Shown: positions 1 through 12,548, counted from the stretch's first letter. The stretch is 57,226 nt of DNA from Vitrella brassicaformis CCMP3155 (GCA_001179505.1 CDMY01000529.1:1-57226); one strand, 5' to 3'. Numbers and translations: made by a program. The notes: generated by a model not told the origin, from the sequence alone.

Positions 1-167
1 GTCTGCGTGGGGGAGGGAGGGGAGGGTTTGCGGGACTGGGGTGTGCTGATGGGGCGGGGATTGATCCCTCCTCCCCTTGAGCCTGTTTGAGTCTGCGTGC
101 TGATGGGACTGTATTTGTATGAGTATCACGGACACACAGACGAGTGTTACGGTTAATGACAGTTTCC
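1..167 (+). repeat. Left copy of a perfect 167-bp inverted repeat (partner 56878-57044); may extend beyond the window start
   Basis: Base-by-base comparison: 1-167 is the exact reverse complement of 56878-57044; identity stops at 168/56877. Confidence 0.97.
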
Positions 168-1176
168 CCCCTACAGAGAGGGCCTGGGGGAGTCTCTGCC
201 AGTGCAGCGACGCAGCGGTGTGGTGGTCAAATCCAGTACTTGATTAAATAATGGTTCGTGTCATGAAGGAAGTCAGTCATCACTAGGTAGCGTAGCATCT
301 CTCACACAGTACAAGTCTTTCGCTCAGAGTTTCTTATCGCGTACAGACAGACAGACGTACACGAACACATGCATTGGACGGACGGACAGACAGCATTCCG
401 TCCTCAGTGACTGACCGTCTTCCGCCCGTGTGCAGGCATATAGGTCGGTACTCTACTGTTGAGCGTACGCCATCCATCCATCCATCCCCCCCCACACACA
501 CATCCGCCCAAGCCACCGCACAAAACAATGCTGCACGGCGATCGAGTTGGTGCGCTGCCCTCACGTGTCTCGCGAGGCTCTCACTAATGCGCCAAGCGCT
601 ACAGTCTCGTGCAGCCGTGCTGTGCGTGTAGCTATATGGGTGTCGTCAAAAAGAAACATACATGTGCTCATTACACCGGTATGTGTGTGTGGAGATGTGT
701 GTGTGGAGATGTGTGCGGGGCCCCGCACCACAGACTCGCAATGGCATGGACGTGTGTGTGCACGGGCAGAAGAGAGAGAGAGAGAGGTATTTGGCAAAAG
801 AAAGATTGCATGATGGACGAAGGATGCAAACAGCGTCGACCCGAGACCCACACACCCCACCAACTCACCCAACCATTCGTAGAGACAGGCAGGCAGGCAG
901 GCAGGCAGACAGAGACAGAGAGAGAGAGCGAAAGGCCATACAAAAGCGATCGGTCAAAATCATCCATCATAGTATAAATCCACCCACAAGGACGCTCTCA
1001 CCGCAACACTCAGGTAAGCGCTAGAATTGTAGCACCTGGTCTGTGTGTGCGTGTGTGCCAAGCAGCTTGTCAGGACAATTCACACACGCACCGCAGCCAT
1101 GACTCACTCACTCATTGCACACCCCACCCACCCCACGAGCCCCACCCCACCTCGAGCCCCCACCGTCAGTCACCGT

Positions 1177-4100
1177 CTAAGTGGCAGCGACGGATTGTGT
1201 CCTGCTGCCCGCCCTCAAACGCATCCCCTCGTCCACCTCCCTCTCGACACTGCTCACCATCGGGCTGCCCCCCGACCGCATCGACGGCCGCACAACCATC
1301 CCCAGGGACGACGTCCGCGAGTCCATCCCCAGTGAGTCCACCAGATTGGGGTTGCTCAGCGACGCCTTCAGACCGTGGGGCGACGCTGCGCTCGCTATGG
1401 GGGAGGACGACCGCTCTGGATGGTTCTCCTGCTGCTGCTGCTGCTGCTGGCGTGGTGTGGGGAAGGACTGATTGAGGAGGGGGAACTGGGGATGGATGGG
1501 GGAGTGGACGTACAGGCCGGGCAGATGGGCCTGCTGACGGGCGGGAGGGCTGCTTGCTGCTATTGCAGCTGTTGGTGCTGCTGCCGGGGTGGGGCTACTG
1601 GTGGGGGCAGGGAAGCAGATGGCACCGGCGCCGTCAGACTGGCCCTGCCTCTTTCCTGCCGATTGTGGTTGGTCCTCCTCGATTTCTCGTGGCTGCTGGT
1701 AGGTGGCGGGTGGTGCTGCCGGGATGGACGAGTTGTTGATCTTGGCTGTGAGGGCGTGTCGCAGCTCCACATCCACAGCAGCGGCCTGCTCCTCCAGCCG
1801 GCGACGACACTCGCGCAGCGTCATCTCAACCTGACACAACACAGACAGACAGAGAGAGAGAGAGAGATGTGTGTGGTTTGGCGTTTGTTTCGTGTGTGGC
1901 TGAGCGACCTTGAGCATGTGTTTGAGTCTTGGTACGTGTGGCCATGTGCGTCTCTGCCCCTCGGCAATGAAGTACGACATGTCTGTGAAGGTCGGGTGGT
2001 TCATCATCCTGCACACACACACCCAACCAACCAACCAACCACACACACGCACGCAGAGAGGATCACATCTCCCGTGCGACGAGTGTCGTTGTGTAGTGAT
2101 GCGGACGTACCTCCACCAGTCCATGAGTGAGGCCCTCGGGGTGATGGTGACATGGCCCTCGTAGTCTTGAACAAGCCAGAAGCCAGAGATGTCCTGGCCG
2201 AACAGCTTGGGCACCATCTGGAACTTGGTCAGCATCGCATAACGATTCTAACACACACACACGCACACACACACGCACAGACACACGCACACACACACAC
2301 ACACACGGAATGGTGACATACATGGCCACACACACATACTTAGGATTCCTCTCGCTCTTGTCGCTCACCTTGATGTCCATCGTGAGCCAGTTTTCGACCG
2401 CTCGAGCAGTCCGCCCCTCGGCCGCAAAGGTGCTCACGAACGGCGCGTGGTGAGGATTCACCTGCACACACACGCCAGCCGAAGGCGCATGAGCGGCCGA
2501 ACGCATCGCGTCATGACCACCCCTTCCCCCCTCTCCTCTCTCGGCACGTACCTGTGAGACGATGAACTGTTTGACGTTGAAGAGCGAGCTGAGCTCGGCG
2601 GTCGGGATGTCCCGCTTGACGCTGCCGTCCATCCACACCATCCCAGAGGGGTAGTAGGGCACCGGCTTGCCGTCCGCTCCCTTGGCGTACAGCTCGACGG
2701 GCGGCATCAGCCCGGGAAGCGCACACGACGCCACGACGGCCGACCTGCACCGCACCGGCACCGACCGACACACAAGGAGTGCATCCATCGATTGTGATTG
2801 TGGCTGTGGTGTGCACTGCTGTCACCAGATATAGATGTCTGGCGTGTTGACGTAGTTGCAGACCAGGACCTCTCCCCTTCTGCTGGCGGGGCAGACGGCG
2901 ATGCTCACGAGCCTTCCCGTCTTCTTGAAGGCCTCAGAGAAGGTCCAGTCGCCGAAGTAGACCTTGCACGTCTTCGTAAAGAATGAGGTCTGCATCATGT
3001 AACCTGTTGAGTTGACCACACACACACAGAGGCGCACACACACACACACATTTCTACCACAGTGCTGCCTCCTGCGTGGGTGCGTGTGTGTGGGTGGATG
3101 AGGTGGATGGGAGGCCACTCGCTGTCTCACTCCCTCACCGCCAATGAGGAAGTTGGCGACCTGTCTGCCGAAGGGTGGGAACCACCGGACCCCATAGCGT
3201 TCGCTGACGTCCGGCCGGATGACGTCCTTCATCTCCTCGTTGGTGCAGATGGCCAGCATGCCAGCCACGATAGACCCACCACTCGTACCAGATATCACCC
3301 TAAGCACACCACAGAGACACACAAACACCACGGGAATGTCTCCCTCCCCTCTCTGTCTGTCTGTCTGTCTGTCTCAGCGCTGGCTGTGCTGGCTGTGCTT
3401 GTGTGAGGTCACCTCACCCACCTTGGCATGAGCCCATGCTCCATGAGTGTCTTCACCACCCCCAAGTGGTACATGGCCAGCGCACCCCCCCCGGACAGAC
3501 ACAGCGCCGTACGACCAATCGACAGCCGCAGGTTCGTGAAGAACGTCAGCTTCTCTCGCAGAAAGGCCGCCCTCCGCTGCAGCGCCTCCACGCCGGACAG
3601 CATGGTGTCAATGTCGCCCGACGGCGACATCTCCCTTGACGAAGGCGGCAGGGTGGGCGAGGGGGGCAGCGCGGGGGTCTCTCCCGTGGCCCCTGAGGCG
3701 GCCTTGTGTGCCTTTGGGGTCACGCTGCTGTTGTTGTTATCGCTGTCCTTGTCCGCCTGAGCATCGGGAGAGGCCGGTTCGATGATCCGCCGCCTCAGAT
3801 CGGCGGACGGCTGAGGCTGAGGCTGCTGTGTCCGTGGCATGTGGGTGGTGCTGACGCAGGTCATGACGAGGTCATAGTCAGCCGGGAGGCAGTCGTGCCT
3901 GCCGGTGGCTGGCGGCGATTGCCGCCTGTTGAATGGCGTGGCGGTGATGTTGCTGGCGACGTATCTGCCCGTGGGCGAGGGGACAAGGGGGGTGACCGCC
4001 GTAAGGGAGGGAATCAGCCGCTCGGCGAACGACACGTCCTCCGGACCCACTGACACGTCCGTCTGGGCCTGAGAAACACACAAATTGGACAACACGATAT

Positions 4101-5185
4101 CTATCAAATGAGTGCAACCCGCCTCTTGTGCCCTTCTCCTTCCACTGACGGCTCTGGAGCAGCTGGTGCCTTCCACACGGGTCCACGCGACATCATCCAG
4201 CCGGTCGCTGGGGGTCGTCGTCTGTATGGCCTCGTCTCCCATAACACTGGTCAGGTTTGGCATTGAGAGCGGCGACGACATGGGCTGCGACGGCGACCTC
4301 GACCGGAGCTCGGGCGCCTTGGCCTCCACCAGGTCGAACAAAGCCTCGGACAACACCTTGGTGTACTCGTCAACCGAGAGCTTGGTGCCGGTGCGAGCCA
4401 CAGAGAACAATTCTACGGCACGGAGGAGGGCATAGAAGGGAGGATGTCAGCTGGCTGCTTCGTGTGTATGGCTCGGCTCAGTCGCTGGCTGGGTGGCTGG
4501 CTGGGTGGGCTCACATACCTGGGTTGGAGAGGTTGCAGAAGTTGCGGCAGCAAGACGTCTGCAGCAGGAACATCAGCGAGTTGTAGTCGCTCCTCTCCCT
4601 GGCGCTCTTCAAACGGTCCGTCACACGCAAAAGAAACGCCCAGTCGTAGGCCTCGCCGGCAGCAGGGTTGTGCCGCCACTTGCTCTTGCCCTCGAGCTCG
4701 TCCAACTCGGCGCAGATCTCAATCCACTCCTCGAAGCTGCTGGCCTCGTCGAGCTGGATGCACAGCTGCTCCTTGGGGTCGTTCCTGTAGAGATTGGTGG
4801 CGCACTGGAATGCCCGGAAGACGCGCCTGAGGGCGTTGAGTGCCGCGAAGGCGATGAGGTCGAGAGTGATGCGGAGCACGTGCCAGGCGCCGAGGCCCAC
4901 TCGTATGAAGGAGAAGAGGGAGGTGACGAGCAGCCAGCCTATCCACGTGATCCACAAGAAGCAGAACCGCCGCAGCTCTGCACACACACACACACACACG
5001 GGCACGCACACACACACACACAGACGTCGAGAGAAAGATGCGTCTGCGTCCACACATGTGATTGACGATGCATGGCTGTGGGTGCCCTGACCTGCATTGA
5101 GTATGAGGGCGATGGTGAAGAAGGCCAGGAAGGTCGTGGAGAACACGATGTTGCCCACCAGCAGCACCCATCCGTACGGCGACAT
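1177..5185 (-). CDS. SDP1: Patatin-like triacylglycerol lipase (SDP1/TGL3-5 family, DUF3336 + patatin), multi-exon
   Basis: Exons encode EASSFEEWIEICAELDELEG (DUF3336-like), TALCLSGGGALAMYHLGVVKTL (oxyanion Gly-rich loop), ISGTSGGSIVA (GxSxG nucleophile), ASCALPG and WMDGS (catalytic Asp), FIVSQVNPH; N-terminal hydrophobic TM segment; ATG 5185, TAG 1177-1179; GT-AG introns. Confidence 0.92.
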
Positions 5186-5539
5186 CGTGACCGAAGCCCA
5201 ACACTCTCGTGCAGCGGGTGGCCTCACGGCCTCACACCAAGCCCCAAGTCTTCACGCAGAGTGACGCTCGCCTGACAGCTCAAAGGCGACGCCCTTTTCT
5301 CCGTACAGGGCCGAATGACAAATCAATCAAATAACAAACTGCAGGATACCAGTCCTGTAGGGCTCAGAGGAGCGCCCGCGATTGATAACGAGACAATTCG
5401 CACAGAAGCGGCACGCGCGATCATTGCGAGCTCAGAGAGGAGAGAGAAGGGAGGGCAGGGAAAAGGCACTCCGCGTGAACTCTTGGCGTGAGAGAAACAG
5501 TGAGCCGCTTCTCACCAGGAGCAGATCTTCCTCTCGGCG

Positions 5540-5894
5540 ATGGCGTCTGTGGGTGAGGCCCGAAGCAGCGTGCAGAGGTATCTGACCTGCATGAGGTCCA
5601 CGGGCGACACCGAGCAGTGCCAGTACCTGCAAAAGCAGCTCATCGATGCCACTGCTGACGTGTAAGGCACTCAATGTCAGTCACCGGACTGACCAAGTGG
5701 CCGGGCAGATCTGGGTGATTGTGTGCTGGTGTGCGTTGTGGTCCGCCCTCAGAGTGTCGCGTGAGTGCTACCACCACGTGGAGAACTTCCAGCGGTGCTT
5801 TGTGCATCGGTATCGGCTCAATTTTTGCGACGAGGATCTGGTCAACAAGCTGCTGGCGTGCCAAGCGAGATACACCAGCCACGTGCTCATGTGA
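5540..5894 (+). CDS. Small 87-aa twin-CX9C (CHCH-like) protein, probable mitochondrial intermembrane-space protein; 2 exons (5540-5661, 5753-5894)
   Basis: Spliced translation MASVGEARSSVQRYLTCMRSTGDTEQCQYLQKQLIDATADVVSRECYHHVENFQRCFVHRYRLNFCDEDLVNKLLACQARYTSHVLM; Cys spacing C17-X9-C27, C46-X9-C56, C66-X10-C77; intron gtaagg...ctcag restores the frame. Confidence 0.8.
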
Positions 5895-6183
5895 TGTGAT
5901 CTGATCTGGCTTGGCTGGTGGGATGGGATACTGACTGTGGACGGATGGCGAGATGGTACTAGTGGGGTGGTGGGTTAGTTATCGAAGGGGCTTCGTCGAT
6001 TTGACGAACCTCCTGTAAGCCGAGCAGCCTGTTTGCGCTTTCTTTTGTGAGAGCGCATCATGATGTTGATGTTGGCTGGCCATGACTCGACTGACAATGA
6101 GACGCTGGCTTGTGTGGCTACGTACGCTACGTTGAATCAGCATCTGACATTTCCCGTCTCTGTCGAAGCAGTCATCTCATCTA

Positions 6184-8312
6184 TCACTCATTCATTCTTG
6201 CCGCATGCAGTCGGCTGACTGCCGCACTAATCGAGTCCAGCTCAGCACCATCGACCCCACCCACCTTGTCACCTATCTCTCTCAACATCGCCCGCACCTC
6301 ATCTCTCTTTCTGTCTGTTTCCACCACGTCCCTATCGACAGAGTCTCTTTCTCCCTCTCCCTCTCCCGCTTTGCCTCTCCCCTCTTTCCTCGTCCTGACA
6401 CTGACATGGCTGGAAGACGCTCGCGAGATGCCGCTCCACATCTCCTGCCATTCGCTCTCCGTGTACCGCTGTCGCACATGTGGAGATGACAGCAGACGGG
6501 CAATAGCCTGAGGCAACGATGCTGACACAGGACCCACAGGCAGGATCGACAGACTGACGGCAAGCTGCCTGAGGCGGGAGGGTGGGAGAGCGGCCAACGG
6601 TCCAGTGTCGCCAACGTTGGTTGCTGGGGCTGGGGATGAGGGGGGCAGCAGCAGCCGTGCGGCCTCGTCTGTGAGATTGGCAACGGTGGCGGCGTCATGG
6701 TCGACCAACTTAAGCAGACCAGAGAAGCCCAAGAGTACGGCAGGGACCTGCTGGATGGGCATCAGCCTGAAAGCATAGCATGCAGACAGACCGGCCACAC
6801 GCATCGCACAACAAGGTGCCTTGCCTGTGCACTGCCCGGAGGAAGTGAATGCATCGCCTTACTGACTTCATCCGTGTCGACCTGAGGTGGTTGGTGAGCT
6901 CGGAGGCCAGGCGGCCGGTGAAATCCCGTGTTGAAGGACTTGCGTCGGCAGGGAGTACGGGTAGCGATCCGAGCAGCTCCAGCATCCTCGACACCTGCAG
7001 CGGCGAAAAGCTCCCCATCCGGTCAATAAAGCTTTGCATCAGCTCCTGCTGCAGCCGCTGCAACGAGTCATAGGACAGCGACGCCGAGTCGCCATCGCGG
7101 TCGTCGCCCATGTCGCGAGCAGAGAGAGGGTGTCGGAAAAACTGACTCAGCGCCCATGTCATGTGCACCAGCTCGATGGCTGCCGCCTCATCCACCCGCT
7201 GCCTCGCTGCATCCGCCCACGTCCCCACCAGGTCGCCCAACACCGATCTCTTGTTACACAGCGATCCATCCCTTGTCTGGCAGAAGCTCTGCACAAGAGA
7301 CCCCATTGCGTTGCCCAAGACGACAATGCTGCGGGCTCGGAAAGCCGCTAGCGGGCGTCTCGTGGCGACGTGCTGAAGCACGGCCATGAGCACCATGGAT
7401 GTGAGGCCGGATGTGGCGAGGACGGACGACAGCCGCTGGAGCGTGTGCGCGAGGAGGGAGAGGGAGGCCTCGTCGAAGTGCTGCAGGGTGGGGTCGCCGC
7501 CTTCCAGCAGGCCCACACAGATGTCGTTGATCAGCCGCAGGCTCTCCAGCCGCTCACCAGAGGCAGATAAAGAGGCAGTGATCGAGTCGGGCAATGTCTC
7601 CGCCAGCGCCCACAAGATGTACGTCAGCTGCACTGAGTCGAACGCACCCAGCCCCTGCTGACGAACGGCGTGCACGGCAGCCTCACGAACAGCCAGGGTC
7701 CCCTTCTGCAGAAGGTGAGTGTGCAGACCCTCATCCATCGGCAGATCGAGTCCGTCGGCCTCAGGCGTGGACAGCGCCAGAGCTACCCAGGGGCTCTCCG
7801 TCGCCCGCAAATACGACCTCCCCTTCTCCAGCTGCCCCAGAGCGAACAGCAGGTCGTGAAGGTCATCCGGGTTGAACTGCCGGGCCAGCAGTGTCCGCAG
7901 GTTTGGCCCCTGGTCGGCCATAGTGCTGATGATGCGATCGATGGAGTTCTCCAGCCCCTCCAGAGACAGCAGCGTCCTTGATGGCGCCGCAGTGGTCAGT
8001 CCACGCCACTCCGGGGCGTCGGGAAAGTTGAGGAGGTGCTTGGCCCGGCTGACGAAGTAGGATGTTAGGCTCTTGAGGCTTTGGGAGAGCTCCCGACGCC
8101 GCATTGTGTGGAAGCTGGCCGATATGTGGGCCGCCAGCCGCGATGCGGCGTCGTCGAGTTCCATGAGGCAGAACTGTGCCTCCATGATGGTCGGGGGCTG
8201 GTCGTCGTCAGCCAACGGGATGACGGTCTCACTGCCGCTTGTGAAGGACTCCAGCGACATGTGAGAGGCTATCGCCGAGAGGGCCCCAGCAAGGAATGGG
8301 GTGGACTACACA

Positions 8313-8345
<33 letters not shown>

Positions 8346-10251
8346 CACACCTGTGATGGCTGGCTGCTGGGGACCTCTCTCTGTGTCAGTCAGGTGTGTG
8401 CCTTTGGCTGGGCTCCACCTTGCTCTTGACAGCCTCCGGTGGCGGCATCAATACTAGGATCGTATTGGCAAAGCGCATCCGCTCAGCAGCACCCAGACGC
8501 AGACTTGTGTCCCCCTGATGCTGGGTGGCGTCATCCGCCCCCTGCAGCAGCTTGCCGAGGGACAGCACGGTGCCCGCCCGATGGTCTGCCGACCCCGCTA
8601 TCGGCCCCTGGCTGGTGGCCCACAGGTGGGCCAGAAGTCGCTGGCAAACACTCGGCGGGAGGACGGTCCCTGTGCGTGAGAAGGCCTGAAGAATGAACCG
8701 CATGTCCTGCCGTCAGTCAGTACCAATCCAACCAAAAACACAGAAGCATACTTATTGAATTCTGTTTTAGCTTTCATTGGTTCGGTCCGTCGCTCACCAT
8801 GCCGGTGAATGTCGTGAGGTCTCGCTGTCCGAGTGCCTCCACAGCGCTGCGAAAGAGCCGCTCGTGAACCATCTCAAGCTGACCGACCAATAAACAAACA
8901 CGACAGACAGAAGCCAACCATCCATCCATCCATCCATCCAAAACCTTCAACAAATACGGTCCCGCTCCTCCCTTACAGTCGAGAAGCTCCACAGGCACGT
9001 GGCGATCTCTCCGGCCGTCAGCTCTTCCATGAGTGCCTCGGCCCGATCACCCAGCACTAGAAAGGCATCCGTCAGATGTTCCTCGCTGATTCGATCTGAC
9101 CCCTCCCCCTCCCCTTCGCCAGTCACGCGGGCCGCATCGCGAGAGTTGAGAATAAGTGGGATAGGCGGCAGGAGGCTCGCCAAGGTCCACAGGAACTTGG
9201 CAACACCTTCTCGACCGAAGGACTCGACGACGCCGTTTGTCGCGACCTGACGGGCGGCTTCATTTATCAGGCACCTGATCTCGGGGGCTGCGGGAAGATT
9301 GGCCTCAGCCTTTAGACCCATCTGAGGCAGGCCAGACAAAGGGTCCGTCGCAGACGTATCAGTCTGTGTTGTGCGCATTTTCCTAACCTTGGCACAGAAG
9401 TAGAGCACACCGATGATGGCCGCCGCGTCCCACACTCTGACACCACAACCACTGGACGAGGCACTCCCCCTCCGTGCCTGTGTGACCACCTCCCTCAGCA
9501 GCCCTTCCACTATCAGAGCCACTTGCGGATGCCGCTGCCGCGTCATGGCCACGAAAGACCGTCTCTCAGGCCGCACCGTCTTCAGGCACATCAGCAGCAG
9601 ATCGGGCGCCAGCGACGGAGTTGCGAACTCGCTCATGTTGGCGGCAACGTGGTCCATCAGAGCTGTCACCAGCTCCCTGTTCTTTGCCGTGTTGGGTGCA
9701 CTTGCCGGTGCCGTCAGTCGTCTGAGCGACGCCAGAATGGTGCGTGGCTGGAACTGGGCGAGCAGCTGGCTGTAGACGGGTGTTGGAACGCTGCAGATGG
9801 TGTCATCTGAAGCGATGGCCGCCAGCAGATCCACCATCTGCCGTGGCGACAGCGTCGTCAAGCCGTTCCGGAGGGTGTCGCTGATCTTGAATGAGTCGCC
9901 ATTTCCACCGCTGGTGTTTAAACTCCTGCTGCACTCGTCCCGGAATAGCTGCAGCACTTCTGGCACGATTCGTTGCGCACGTGACGGCTCACGGCGAGGC
10001 TGCATCTGGCTGCTCCTGAGGTCCACTGCTGAATCGAGCTCTTGGCCCTTGGCGGATTCATCGATGAGAGCCGCTGAGGCGCCTGCATGCAGCTGATGTA
10101 GCCGTCGTGGTTGCCTTGTTGCAGCTGGCTTGGGGAGCTGCGGCAAGCTGAACAAGAGAGATTGCTGGGAGAGCGCCTCGGTGTGTATTGGAGCCTCGAA
10201 AGCCGCTATCAAGAGAAACAAGAGAGAGCATTGTAGTCGAGATCTACACAT
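6184..10251 (-). CDS. Large helical-repeat (OPR/HPR/FASTK-like) protein with signal peptide + transit peptide, probably plastid RNA-binding; multi-exon (~1200 aa)
   Basis: N-terminus MCRSRLQCSLLFLLIAAFEA (signal peptide) then an S/P/R-rich transit-like region; recurrent motifs LTAGEIATCLWSFS, FDSVQLTYILWALAE, AAIELVHMTWALSQF, FSPLQVSRMLELLG, FNPDDLHDLLFALGQL; ORFs 8947-10281, 8386-8703, 6710-8260 and 6184-6804 join via splice sites. Confidence 0.65.
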
Positions 10252-10829
10252 CAGCCAGCAGAATGGACATTGGCTTGGCACCTCTGATGCTCAGGCGGTC
10301 ATGCCTTGGACTCCTTTGCATGCTCAGTGGACGTGTGAGCGGTGTGAAGCACGTCAAAGTCACAGATCTTGGTCCTTCAAGAGAGAGCGGCTTCCCGGAA
10401 TGCACCCATTCGGGAAAAGCAAAGCACTTTGCGTTTGCCTGACCTGGGTCCTTTGGCGCCAAGCTCGCAGCGGGGGAGGAAGGAGAAAAGGGACCGACGC
10501 TCAGCACGCTCTCAGCACATATTGTCCTGCTTCCACAGCCACAGCGAGGAAGAAAAAATGGGAAACAAAGGCTTGCTGATCTCTCTGCGTGACGAAGAAG
10601 CCGAGCGTGTTGGTCTTGGAGGAGTCTGATCCACCTGCTGACGGTACGGAGGACGACTCACTTGTGGCTGGCAAACGGTTTTCTGTTTTCACTGCAGAGT
10701 TTGACCTCGTTGATGGCTTCGCTGGGGCGGCCGCCGACTGACTGACTGACCAGGTGCGTCAGCAACGTGACAAGGAAGAGGCAATTGACTGTGTGGGTCT
10801 GCGTGCGTGCAGTGGCGTGACTCATTGTG

Positions 10830-12548
10830 ATGGCCCAATCGTCGTCTGCCGCATCGCAAGCACCTCCTGTGCCTCCCGGCTGCAAGGGGCTGGATGACGT
10901 CGACATCGTCCCCGATGAGGGCGTCAGTCCTCTCAGTCGGCAGCTGCTGGAGGGCTGCATTCGCCGCGCATTCACGGACGCCGCCCAGGTCACACAGCTG
11001 ATCGAGCAAGGAGCCGACCCGAGAGCCGCCGGCGGCCTTCGTGTCCACGGCGGCATCCCAGGAAGAGCCCCGTACTCGCAATACAGCTGCCTGCCTTTCG
11101 CCATCGACAGCCTAACAAACTACCCATTGCTCTATGCGAGCGGCGCTGATGGCTCTTCGCGGCCCGTCGTTCTGCCGCAGTGGGCCTCCCGTCAGCTGCA
11201 GCGTGACATCCTAAGCGCACTCATCGACGGCGGGGCGGACGTCAATGGGGGCGGATGGATGCAGCGGCCCATCACGATGGGCATTGTGGCGGGTAATCTG
11301 ACGGCTGTGGAGGCCTTGCTGGCGCGTCAGGCCAACGTGCGGGGATTTGGGGTGATGGAGCTTCCCTACGTCCCCCATGCAGCCCTTTCCCCTACTCGTG
11401 AGTACGAGGACACTCTCATGTCCATCTATCGCCGGCTCATCCAACACGACAGCACACTCGCAGAGGAGCGGGTCGTTGGAGACAATCTGGTCCATTTGGC
11501 AGCCAGGGCCACCTGCATGTTCTCCCAGCAGTTAATCGATCAGTACCTCACCCTCATCACCAGCCACGGAGCCGATATGACGGCAGCAGACAGACAGGGC
11601 AGGACGCCACTGCACGAGGCGGCAAGAGCTGGCTCCCACTTCTTGGCTGAGTGGCTGTGCCACCGACTCACAGCCGACGACGTCAACAGAGGACTGCCCA
11701 ACCAGCCCAACATGACACCACTCGCCTTTGCCGCCGAGGCTCTCTACAACCATATCCGAATACAGCAGCAGTCACAGAGGCGGTGGCGGCTACGACTGAT
11801 CCACGAGCACAAGACCATCATCGGTGTGCTGCTGCGGGCAGGGGCGGCCCCGTCCATCGCCCGCATGCCCACCGCCACCGAAGATCAGCGGCGTCTGCGT
11901 CAGCTGGTGCTGGCCGAGTATGCCGCAGTGCTGAGTGAGCTGTCCGAGGCCGTCATGTCGGCCATCAACGGCGCCCTCGCCCCCCAGCGCGACCACTTGA
12001 TGCTTCTCGCCCGTCTGCTGCCCCTCGCCCCCCACCACGACGGCGCCCACCCCCACCCCTCCCCATCCAACATGGCATTCGGCCCACACGAGGCTGAGGC
12101 CATCGGATGGAAGATCGGCGCCTTCCTGCACGAGCCCCCCGCTGCTGTGGCCGCCATCGACGAGTACCTCATTGGCGAGTCGGTGCTGAGGCGCCGCGTC
12201 AAGGCGGCCGTCGGCCACTTCGTCAAGTCGGCGGCCACCCAGACGAGCAGCAACAGGGAGGTGGTGGGCGGGACGCGATACGAGCAGCAGGGCGACAAGC
12301 GCGTCAAGGTGACCGCCCCGCCCCTGCAGTGCTTTAGGGTGGGCGGTGTGGGTGGCCGCAAGATGGGTGTGCGTAAGGTGGTGCACCGGGCCCGGCTGGA
12401 CGAGGCCGGCACCCATGGGGTCCCACTGGAGGGTGTGGTCAAGGGCTTCAATGAGCATCTGGGCGACCAGGACTGCCAGTTCGAGTGGGGCCAGCTGGGC
12501 CGCATCGACAGGACGACCGGCCTGTTTGTGTCGCTGGGCATCGACTGA
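10830..12548 (+). CDS. Intronless ankyrin-repeat protein (572 aa) of a lineage-expanded family
   Basis: Single ORF with ANK repeats: LIEQGADP, ALIDGGADVNG, GNLTAVEALLARQANV, NLVHLAA, HGADMTAADRQGRTPLHEAARAG, NMTPLAFAA; C-terminal non-ANK domain of unknown function. Confidence 0.92.
   Translation: MAQSSSAASQAPPVPPGCKGLDDVDIVPDEGVSPLSRQLLEGCIRRAFTDAAQVTQLIEQGADPRAAGGLRVHGGIPGRAPYSQYSCLPFAIDSLTNYPLLYASGADGSSRPVVLPQWASRQLQRDILSALIDGGADVNGGGWMQRPITMGIVAGNLTAVEALLARQANVRGFGVMELPYVPHAALSPTREYEDTLMSIYRRLIQHDSTLAEERVVGDNLVHLAARATCMFSQQLIDQYLTLITSHGADMTAADRQGRTPLHEAARAGSHFLAEWLCHRLTADDVNRGLPNQPNMTPLAFAAEALYNHIRIQQQSQRRWRLRLIHEHKTIIGVLLRAGAAPSIARMPTATEDQRRLRQLVLAEYAAVLSELSEAVMSAINGALAPQRDHLMLLARLLPLAPHHDGAHPHPSPSNMAFGPHEAEAIGWKIGAFLHEPPAAVAAIDEYLIGESVLRRRVKAAVGHFVKSAATQTSSNREVVGGTRYEQQGDKRVKVTAPPLQCFRVGGVGGRKMGVRKVVHRARLDEAGTHGVPLEGVVKGFNEHLGDQDCQFEWGQLGRIDRTTGLFVSLGID

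Noticed and set aside
334-1100. Multiple short ORFs in the track
   Set aside because: Translations are dominated by (CA)n/(GA)n/(GGCA)n microsatellite-derived residues; the region is probably the lipase 3' flank.
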